Both the position numbers and the translations under genes were made by a program. A stretch of DNA of 55,823 bases, counting the filler, from Basidioascus undulatus (taxonomy: Eukaryota): the NCBI GenBank assembly GCA_000826855.1. It is 4 parts of 4 records of this genome, joined end to end, with 100 filler letters (N's around TTAATTAATTAA, not from the genome) between each part and the next. Parts side by side here need not be neighbours in the genome. Positions count along the whole stretch, not along the records: positions 27,972 to 41,848 come from JTLS01000776.1; positions 41,949 to 55,823 come from JTLS01000777.1; 2 more parts are not named here. One strand, written 5' to 3'. Position 1 is the first letter of the stretch. Each line of letters opens with the position of its first letter. Below, piece after piece: positions 36,501-46,800 of this stretch. Below the pieces are notes generated by a model. It searched no databases, was not told where the DNA came from, and saw only the letters and a program-made list of their open reading frames with translations.

Positions 36501-37170
36501 ATGGGCTGGCTGGGCAAGGGCATTCTCGCTCGCAACGGGCTCCTACCTGCCCCCGCGTCCGATCCTCCCTCCAAACCGTCGTTCCCTTCAACGCGTACAA
36601 ACAAGAAGATCGAGGAAATCACTCACATCGAGGACGTCACCACTAGCACCTCATCGGCTGGGACTTCCGACGACGACGACTTCGGGACCCCTGCGGCTCA
36701 GCTCCCGTCTCTTCGGACGTTCAGGGGACGGCGCCGGCGGTCTGTCGATGCGGTCAATCCGCCTTTCATCCCACCCGAAGAACTTTCCAAGCACACAGAC
36801 GCTGAACATTCCATGTGTACTACCTGCGTCCCGGAAATACCCCACTCACCGCGCTGATGTTCCGCCGCAGGGATCTGCATCGACGACCGCATCTACGATG
36901 TGACCGACTTTCTCGATTGCCATCCCGGGGGGAGGATCATTATCGAAAGCTTCGCAGGGAAGCAATGCGGCTGGCAGGTACGTTGAGGGATTTGCTGGTG
37001 CAGGCGGAGGGTTTCTGACGTGTTGAACCGATCTTGCACAGTTTCGAAGGTTTCACACCAAGCAGCATTTGGACATGTGGAACAAGAACTTGTTGATAGG
37101 AAGGACTTACCCTTTACCCGAGAATCAGTTCAAGGAACCCCCTAGATGGATAGACACGAGCGGGTTTTAG
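36501..37170 (+). CDS. Cytochrome b5-like heme-binding protein without C-terminal membrane anchor
   Basis: Spliced over 2 introns: ELSKHTDAEHSM|WICIDDRIYDVTDFLDCHPGG...WQ|FRRFHTKQH...LLIGR; both axial His present; low-complexity N-terminal extension; stop TAG 37168-37170. Confidence 0.88.
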
Positions 37171-40100
37171 ACAATGTTACGTACCAAATTGGCGTGCCAG
37201 CCTCGCCTGCAGATGGGCTGAACGACTGGCATCCATGCTAGCAACATACGAGCCCATTTTCACAGAATTCTCTTTTTGAAGGGGTTTTGACGCTATTCTG
37301 TTCGGCAATGCTCACAGGTGGTTATGATCAGAGTTCTGCTTGGGCGAGGTGTCCGAAGTGTCTGGCAGCCCCCGAGGCAAGCATTCTCAGGCGTCTCGGC
37401 GTGGAACTGAAGTGGCATTGTCCAAACTACGTTGTAAGTTTGAATTCTGCTCTCCTTTTGATTCCTTAAAAATGTCCATTATAGAGTTCGATAGCTTACG
37501 AGCCGGTGATCATAGTGGGAAGGCCAAAGTACGACGTGGTCGCGGTCGAATAGTCCGGACCGGCGCTGAGGGCATTGCTAGAATAGGAAGATTCAAGACC
37601 CCAAGTTATACCTACACAAATCCACAACCATCCTCCCCTTGTTCAACGGAAAGGAGACTCGGACCGCCTGGCCAACGCCTGCAAGAGACGGCAGCGCTGT
37701 TCCGAGCACGCCTAAGAACGCCATTCATAACAGCTACACCTTTAAGGGATGTACTCGGTTACCTCTGTACAATTCCGGTTTAAATGGCCCCGAAAGGTGT
37801 TTATATAGACTACTGAGCCCCTCGCTGGTAACACTGCAAACAAACTGAACATCGGGCGCCCGCTGAAGCTCATGTCTCGTGAGTCTTTGCGTCTGCTTTC
37901 GCAGGAGACGTCAAGGCTTGACCGTTCCCCAAGGAAACGGTCCAGTCCTTTGCTGTTTTTTAGATTGGCACCAGCTGCGCGTGAGGGGGGAAGACGAGCC
38001 TACTGGCCCTTCGCATTCGCAGCCACCGAACAAGTTGTGCTGAAAATCGGGAAGAATGGCGTGTGGTAACACGAGCAAGGTGGTGTTCTCTCCCAGGGTC
38101 AGGGTGAATGACTGTATTTACTGGGCTTCATGGCGACAAGAGCACGCCATGCTCGGATACGGGAGCGCACCAACTTCTGCACCGGCTACGCTGTTGTCGT
38201 CCGTTCACGCAGTCTCACAGCGCATGTGGCTAAAACGATTACACGAAGGAGATACACCTTTCGTTTTACATTTAGTTTAATAGTGCACACTTGATCCCGA
38301 GCCAAACTAGGTAGTGCAGCCCTGCTTTATGCGGATGGTTAACGGCGCTGTGGGACATTTCGCCTACCATGGATCTCTTTACAAGCTGATGCGCCTTGCT
38401 TGGCATACCCAAAACACAAGTCTGAATTTGGCTCATGTCTCTCATCCAGAACGATCTCAAGACATGCCGAGTTACAACGACTACATGATCGCCAGGGTGT
38501 CACCTTCATTTTCCCCCAAAGTGCTGCTGACTCCTCCGGTGCTCTTGTGCCCTCTTCGACAATCCCCGATCGGCAGCTTTTGCGAAGACTCTGTACCACA
38601 ATAATAATGCTTCCGTCGTGCCCCTGTATGGCGCTTGTAGCATGCACAGTGCCACCAATCCAACATCCCCGTTACCCAATCGTGTCACCTGGGCCGGTCT
38701 CCCTTCGGCTGCGAGCAAGTACTCACGGGACCTTTCAGAATCCTTCAGCATCCTGTACTAGTGGGTCTAATCCTGGTTGAGTCCCGTCAACGAAGCCTTC
38801 AGTGTGGAAGTCTCGCTGCCGACTCGCAAGGTCGATGTTCGACGTTGCCGATGAGACAGTGCGCTTTGAAGCTCGAAGGTGCCTGGAGCTTTCAAAGTGT
38901 GGTGGATATGCCTAAGATACTTAGAGATCAACATGAGATCCCAGGGCAGACGGATGCAAGAGACAAAGGGAAGCGGTGGACGGGCAGAGGACAGCCTCCG
39001 GCGGCGTGTTCGCCTCCTGCTTCCGAGACCTCCGACGTCCACAGAGGGAGGTTTTCACGGCCTCCGAAAGAAGTCTCATCTACACTATCCAATGGCCGAT
39101 GAGGAGGAGGGGAAGGCTCAATGAGCGGTGTACGCAATTCTGGTCACTGGCCACCCGTGGCGTCGCCGCCGTAGAAATCCGGACCACGCACAGGCAGCTG
39201 CAGGACGTTACTCACACACTCACGCAAACAAGCTGTTCCAGCAATTCTCGCTCGCGCTGACATTGATTGTGAGCATGTAATACACAGCGAGCGAAGCCAG
39301 ACATTCATATGTTCGACAACTCCCTAGACTTGCCGTCATTTCCCTCGGAGACTCTCCGCCTCTGCCTACTCCTCTCGACTCCCTGCGACAACGGCACTGT
39401 CGTTGCAGCAGTACACCGCCAACCATGCTTCCCCCGTATCCATAGCACGCAACAGTGGGTCGTGCTCCTCGCCCTTGGCCAGAGTCGGCTCGGCCCGCTC
39501 GCCTGCGGAGGTGTGGAGGTATGCGATGGTACGAGAGGAGGAAGGAGCTGAAGAAGTTGATGTTGAAGGCGAGGTCAGACGGGATGGGGACAGGTTGCGG
39601 CCGAGCAAGGGGGGGCAGAGTCGTTCAACGCCCCGAGGAAGGTGTAGACCTTGACAGCTCATTTGTGGTAGCCCGCAAACTCGTCATCTGTCTCTCGGTT
39701 GATGTCGTCGGCCAACACCCCAAAAAGATCGGAACTCCCACCGCGTTCGACTCTTCCGCACCATGGATGGAAAAACAAGGCAGCTCCTGGCTGGTCGGCG
39801 GACGGAGGGCAGTGACGGCGGCGGCGGTGCAGGGAGAGAGCGGGTGTGGGTGTGGATGAATAGACTGATTGTTGAGATCGTTAGCAACGGTGAGGACGTT
39901 GTGAGCGTGGCGAGGATGAAGAGATCGAGGAATGGGAGGGTGGATCAACGAGATCAACAAGTACTACTGACCCTGTTCGTCCTCCTTCCTTCTGCTGCCC
40001 CTTCTGCTTCTGTTCCTCCTTTCCAAAGGTCCCGCGCGTGCGGCACGGCGGCGGCGGCGATGAGAGACCGAGGAGAGCAGATGAAGCGTGCAGTGGTAGC

Positions 40101-40253
40101 GCTAGCGTGGTTGCTAGCTCGGAAAGAGTTGATGCGAGGTGGGGTCAGTTTTTCGCCTGCTCCTCTGCTCCTCCCTCCACCCTGCATCAACACTAAAGAT
40201 TTCCATTCCCTTCTCTTTTTCGAGAAATCTGAATAGAACTGGTTAACGCACTA

Positions 40254-41848
40254 TTGAGAGCCTCCACTTCCACTAGAGCACGGCGCCACGGCGCACTGAT
40301 AGCGAGTATGGTATCGATGGCTGCTCGCACCTGCCCTAACCGCCCCCCTCGTCTCGGGCCCCGCACCACCGGCCCCCTACAGGCTGCGTCGACTGCCGTA
40401 GCCCCGGACGAGCAGGGAAATGCTCAGGCTCAAGCTCCAGAAGGCACCACGGCTTGAATCTGCCCAGGTGCCCTCAACCTCCGACCCCTCCCGACCCACG
40501 CAGCCTCGGTTCCCCACATACAACTCCTACACCGCTCCGACTCTCCGCCGTCCTAGATCCCGAAGCACACTTTGTCATCCCTGTCACCCTCTTCTCCAAC
40601 TCCCAGCCTATATCCACGCCCTCATAAATTCCGGGGCGAACTCGCTCTTCATCGATGACCGGTTTGCGGCCCAACACCAGCTGAAATCGGTGCCTCGCCC
40701 ACTCCATGTCATCGACGGACGACCTATCTCGTCCGGGGCAGTCACTCACTGCATCTCTGCCAATCTTGGTATGGGCCCACACTACGAATCCACCTCCTTC
40801 GACATCTGCAGTATCGGTCACTACCCCATTGTTCTCAGCATCCCCTGGCTCCGTCGCCACAATCCCACCATCGATTGGCAACGCAACGCCATCTCGTTCA
40901 GCTCCGCCTACTGCAACACCCTGTCCCGTCTACGCTATCAGCTCTCCCGCTCGTCCCCACGTATCAAGACCCTGCTCGGCACCATTCTGTTGCTTCGGTC
41001 TGCCAAGGGCATGCCAGCTCGGCTGCTTGCACGTCCGTCCAGTCCATATTCCCCAGTCCTGCGCCATATGCATCTGTCCAGTCCCGCTCCAAAGTACCCG
41101 CCCCAGTCTGCCAAGGCAAGTCAGCTCGGCTCCTTGCGCATCTATCCAGCCCGTATCTCCCAGCCCGGCCCTTCGTGCCTCAGCCCAGCCCACGACCCCG
41201 GCAGTCCCGCCACAGGCACGCATCACCCTGTTAGGAGCAGCAGCTTTCGCCGCCGCTGCCGCCCTCCCAGGTTCCACTACCTTCGCCATGCCCCTCCGTG
41301 AAGTCCTCAACGACCTCACCGTCAACACCACTAACCGACCTACACGTCCGGATAACCCATCCACCACCCCCCTTTCCGAACTCCTTCCGCCCCTCCCGGG
41401 CCCCCCGGAATACGTCGACAACCTCCGCAGCATCATCCCTCCTGAGTATCACGACCTCCTCACGGCATTCTCTAAGACACAGGCGGACACACTTCCCCCG
41501 CACCGTCCATATGACCATGCTATCGACCTCGAACCCGGCACAACCCCTCCATTCGGCCCGCTATACTCCCTATCCGAGCCTGAACTCAAGGAACTCTCAA
41601 CATGGATCCAGGAAAATCTCTCAAAAGGATTCATCCGCGCCTCGAAATCCCCTGCTGGCGCCCCAATCTTGTTCGTCAAGAAGAAGGACGGCTCGCTTCG
41701 CCTCTGCGTCGACTACCGGGGCCTCAACCGCATCACCGTCAAGAACCGCTACCCGCTTCCTCTTATCTCGGAAACCCTCGACCACCTCCGCGGCGCCAAA
41801 ACCTTCACCAAACTCGACCTCCGTGGCGCTTACAACCTCCTCCGTATC
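40254..41848 (+). mobile_element. Degenerate Ty3/gypsy LTR retrotransposon fragment (gag end, protease, start of RT), truncated by contig end
   Basis: gag end CPNRPP...QGNAQAQ; protease [94 protein letters not shown]; several frameshifts; no LTR identified. Confidence 0.93.
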
Positions 41849-41948
41849 NNNNNNNNNNNNNNNNNNNNNNNNNNNNNNNNNNNNNNNNNNNNTTAATTAA
41901 TTAANNNNNNNNNNNNNNNNNNNNNNNNNNNNNNNNNNNNNNNNNNNN
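41849..41948. other. Artificial contig-joining spacer
   Basis: 44 N + TTAATTAATTAA + 44 N. Confidence 0.99.
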
Positions 41949-43808
41949 GTACTGGGACGGCGTGCGCGGGGACGCGTACGGCGCGTAGCGGTACGTGGGC
42001 GACGTAGGCGACGCGACCTTGCCTTGCGGCGAGCGGCTCCCTGGTCTTCGGCTGCTGGACGGCTCGCCGCCGATGGAATGCATCGACGCGACCGAGTTGT
42101 TGCGCGGGCGCTTGACCATCGCGGACGAGGGGCCGGGCATGCCCGACGGCGCGGGCGGCAGGACGGTGGGGATGATGGGCGAGGTCGGCATGGGGGAGAT
42201 GTCCTCGGCTTCGCCTCTGTGAAATGACGGACGGGGCTCGTGTCACCCATTCTGGCCGGGAAAGTGGGAAAAGGACTGAAGGAAGAAAGGACGTACCGAT
42301 ACTGCAAGATGCCGTTCTCGTCACGCTCTGTCCGCACGGGCACCCGGAAGTTCGTCTTGACCAGGTACTCCGGGCTGATCGGCAGGCTCGCGAGCTCGGG
42401 CAGGCTCGACGGCGTCCGTAGCCGCCCGCTTTGGACATCCTCGAGCGTGTAGTACGAGACGAGGTGCTGCGCCGACCCGTTGATCGTGAGCGACATCGTC
42501 TGTCCGGACCCAACACCGCCACGCCGGTCAGAAAAAGCGATGCGATAGCAGGCCTGAATGTCGAGTGGAACGGAAGAGCACCTTTTTAACCAGCCCCCCG
42601 ACCTTGAACATGTCCGACTTCGTCAAGCTGCCCACCAGCGCACGCTCGCGCGCGCGCTCTTCGTCCGACTCCTCCGTGGCAGCGATGCTTGAGCTGCGTG
42701 GCCGGCTGAGGCTGACGCCGTACATGACGGGCGCGCCATCCTCGGTCGCGGTGGGGAGGCCTGAGGGGAAATAGCTCGGGGACTGGGAGGGGAGGGACGT
42801 GGGCGAGACGGGGTGCGGGGACGTCGTGGACGAGATGGGCGACGGCAGCGGCGGCCCGCCCGTCGGCGAGACTTGCCCTTGCCCCGCCCCCGCGCCCGAC
42901 GTCCCTGCTGCTGCTGCCGCCGCCGCTTGCGCTTGTGCTTGCGCGGCTTGCGCGGCAGCTCTCCGAGGTTTGTCGGTCTCGCGGTAGACCTGTCATGAAA
43001 GGACGAGACGGGCGGGCGTCAGTCAAGCGATCGGGAGTGCGGTTAATAAGTGTGCGATATGGATCAAATGAAACAAGCTTGGCGCGGCTCCAACAATTCG
43101 AGGAGCGATCGTCGCAGGGGCGAAGGGGCGAAGACGGAGACGAAGGGCCGCGCGAACACAGGCGCGATGCGCGAGGGGAAAAAAGAGAGTTCTAGGGCGG
43201 GGTGTCGACGGTCGACGGGCGACTGTTGAAAGGTGAAGGGCGCCACATAGCGCACGGGCACGTGAAGAGAACTTGCCGGATGCCCGCCAGCGCGAGGCCA
43301 GAGTGATGGGATTGAGAGGAGACAAAGGGACCATGGTGTGCGCAGTTCGCGGTGCGGCGGGTGGCGCAGAAGCCACCGTGCGAAAAGAGAAGGCGGAGGG
43401 AGGAGGAGTCGAAGACGCGCCAGAGAGCCATGAGCCCCCCGCCCGCGCGCTACGCTCGGGGAATCAAACCACACCCGCGCCGCAACTTCCGCCCAATGCA
43501 GAGTTCCAACCCAATCACAACGCCCCTCCGCTGCCAGAGAAGCCAGAGAAGCCGAGGAAGGAAGACCCGCGGGGACTCACGAGGAAGTTTCCGAGGATGC
43601 GTGAGGGGGACCAGATGAGGCCGTCCGTCCAGCGCTTGATGCCCGACTCCTGCTCGTCAAAGACAAAGACCGCGCCGGACTGGACGAGGAAGCGCTCGCG
43701 CTCCTGCAGCCGCCGGGTCACGCGCGGGATGAGCCCGCGCCGGGCGGCCTCGAAGACGAGCAGGCTGTCGTACGTCGTCTCGATGAACCCGCGGAACGGG
43801 GGTTCCAT
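41949..43808 (-). CDS. pac2: Gti1/Pac2 (WOPR) family transcription factor, 3'-truncated by contig end
   Basis: WOPR-a FIETTYDSLLVFEAARRG...SGAVFVFDEQESGIKRWTDGLIWSPSRILGNFL|VYRE; WOPR-b ERALVGSL...GGLVKK|TMSLTINGSAQHLVSYY...LRTPS; 591-nt first intron. Pac2 vs Gti1 subfamily is not certain. Confidence 0.9.
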
Positions 43809-46800
43809 GGCGGGAGGGGGAGGGGGAGGAGCGGGTGGTGGTGGTGGGCGGTCGAGAGAGATAGAGGATGAGGGTGGACCGCGGATGGAAGAGGAGAGGA
43901 CGAGGAAGATGAGGGCGAGGGCGGTGGAGGAGGACGAGGACGAGGACGAGCGGAGGCGGATAAGGAGAAGAGTAGGTAGACCGAGGAGGGCGGCGTGTAG
44001 TCTTTGGGGAAGGGAAGGAAGCCCGCAAGGGGCTGAAATTATAAGCTTCGACGGTGGCAGGAAAGGAAAGCGAAGGAGGTTCAGCGCCGGGGATTTTAGC
44101 CAGCCAGGGATGGCAGGGCTGCATTCCTCCACCTTGCTCGCCAGCCAGAGTCATGGCGCTTTTTGCAGCCCGAGCACAAAAGCGACCTCCAGTCCGACTT
44201 CCGCGTGCTCCACGACGCATCCTTGCCGCCGCGATGCCACGAGGAAGCTGTGCCTACAGACAACGCGGTTTGAACCCGAGAGGGCGGAGGGCGGACCAGA
44301 GAGATCGCAAGCACCCCCGCCCCTCCGCACGGATGCCGCTTGGGCCGACAGCTCCAAAACCAGAGCCAAACCCGGGATTTCCCAGAATTCCCAAGTAGAA
44401 GTTCACTCACGATGATCACGGAATGCACTGCCGGACAGAGATGGGCGCGTGGTGCAGAGGAAGACGGAAGACGCGCGTGGGACCTTTGAGGGGGATAACG
44501 CGCCCAACGTTCTTGCGGAACCCGAAGCGGACGGCGAGGACGGGGGTGGTGCGCCTGTGGATACGTAACAGGTTGGTATAGGCGGGGGGGAACAGGGACA
44601 CGGCGCAGTCGCGGAAGACGAGCGGCGTTGTACCTGATTGTCGGCGGCGGCGATCGCTGTCACTGCGCAAACTGCCGTCTATGCGCCCATCACCACGCGT
44701 TTGGTTCCGTGATCAGCGTTGATGGATCCAAAACGGCAGGAGGGAAGGAAGGAAGGGTGAAAGCAAAGGCAAAAGTGTATGCGGTGATAGACTCACAACG
44801 CAAAGGCGAGGCAAGGACGGGCGGAAGAAGGTCGCGGCTGGTTGCACGCAGCACTCTCCTCGCCCGACTTTAAAAAACCGAGGGAAATGCGAGTGCGGCG
44901 CCGGACGCGAGCGGGCGGGCGGGCCAGACGGCGCGGGCAGGGCGGACGCGACGAAAGGGTGAGGTGAGCGCTGGGCGTCGGCGCAGGGTCGCGTGGGCGG
45001 GCCGGGTCGGATACAGCAGACGCGGTAAAGCCGGCGGCGCGGTGCGGTGCGCGAGGGGTGGGTGTATATGCGCGGGTTGACAGAAAGGCTGTAGGATTCG
45101 AGGGTAGGGGAGGTTGTCGCGTGCCGTGTGCAGAGCGCGTTCGGTGGACGGCGGGGGACACCGAAGGAAGGAAGGAAGACGGACGAGGAGGACTGCTGGG
45201 ATTGGCGGAGGCGGAAGAGGAAGACCGGCGTCGAGGAGGGCGGAAGCAGCGAGTTGGATTCGGAGTGTCCGGCTGTATGGATGCGAGCCGGTGCGTGCAG
45301 TGCCAGCGTAGTAGTTCCACAGCGCTGTCGTCGTCGTCGGCGATAACACCAGGGCGCGATGGTGCAATAGCGGAGAGAGCCGGAGGAGGAGCGAGGGGAC
45401 AAGAGAGTTCGGGAGAGCAAAGTGATCTGCCGAGCTTGCTCGCTTGGCTTGGAAGGAGGAGGAGCTGGAAAGCTAGGGGGGCGCTGGCTGGCAGGGCGCA
45501 AGCGGGTGGGGAGCGCAACGGGGGGCGAGGGGTCGAGGACAGGGCAGAGCTCAAGGACGGCAGACACCTGGCCAAGCAGGGTTCGCGGGGCTGGGGGAGG
45601 GCTAGGGATATCGATGGATGCGAGGGATTCAGGGCGGTATGCACACCACTACCGGCCAAAGCGAGAGCGCCCTTATCGACCCGAATCGTCGGTCGTGTGT
45701 AAATAGCGTCGAGTAGGCGTAGACTGAAAGGAAGGAGCGGCAGCTCGTCCTGTAAGACGGGCCTTTCGGAGTGCAGGCAAGCAGCGAGCACATCAGCGAC
45801 GTGCGTGCACCATGATGAGCTGTCGTGTCTGCCTGGCAGCGTTTCGCCGGGGCGAACTTTTGTGAGCTTAATGTCGCGCCTGAACTGCGGCTTGGGGGGG
45901 AAAGCGCACAAATGGCGCCAGGGCTCTTCTGCGGGGAGGCGTCAGAAGACCCCGGGCCCGCCCCCTGGCTTCCCCCAAACGCCCTGTTCTAACCAGCCCA
46001 CCATCCAAGATACCAAGTCGTGCAATTCATCTTCGCATCTTACCAGCTCGAGAGCCACGGCTACAACACTTCCATGATGCGGCACGCGGCGCCACAGAAG
46101 ACGGCATCTTCGAAAATCGAGCGGTGGCGCCAGAGTAGGATGGGTCTGGCAAATAATGCTTTGCGCGCCATGATCGCCGCTAGCGGGGTTTGTTCGTCTG
46201 CCCCTGCGCAAGGGCCGACAGGCCAGGGACGGGCGAGCAACGCCCAGTTCACAACATAACGCCACGATGGAAATTCTGCCAGCCAGCGCCGCGGGCGCCT
46301 CTGCGCCGCCACACCCGTCGTCGGACCCCCACCCCAAACCCTCACCAGGAAAGGGTGGCCTCTGAGACATCGCCAACGCCCACGTTTCGTGGGCGGGCCC
46401 GCGGATACCTCGGTATTCCGGGCGGCACACGCATGGTTTCTGCAGTTATGGATGGAGAGGTCCGTGGTCTTGGAAAGGGTGATGCAGCGGCAGCCATTTA
46501 TAAGCAATGTGACCCCGCCTTGCAGAGCGCTAACTTTTACAGAATAGGAAGAAGGTTCTCAGCCGTGCAGGCAGGCAGCTCGGGTACAGAAAAGGGTCAG
46601 GCTGCATCGACGAGACGAAACGTGTGTACCTGCTTGAGTGGAGGCGAGACAACATAGATACCAGGGCTACATAAGAAAGCGAGGACCGAACCAACGCATT
46701 TCAATAACTCAGGCTTGGGCCGGATGGTAGCCGCTTCCTCCCACCGGGTAAAGCCACCTCCACCCAGGTCCGAGGATCCCCTTCCTGCTTGATCCTGCGC

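Noticed and set aside
7966..37170. An extended iron/heme cluster linking FET3/FTR1 with cytochrome b5
   Set aside because: The genes lie on different contigs separated by artificial spacers.
37200..40250. Genes or a 5' LTR/PBS upstream of the gypsy fragment
   Set aside because: Only short non-descript ORFs; no LTR termini, primer-binding site or gag body identified.
43809..44132. 108-aa N-terminal extension of the WOPR protein (ORF-track start at 44132)
   Set aside because: Start is GTG, the extension is just a translated CT-rich leader, and WOPR homology begins at MEPPFRG (43808).
44713..45911. 284- and 372-aa minus-strand ORFs upstream of the WOPR gene
   Set aside because: Low-complexity Pro/Arg/Ser translations open in several overlapping frames, typical of GC-rich non-coding DNA; no domain or convincing splice structure.
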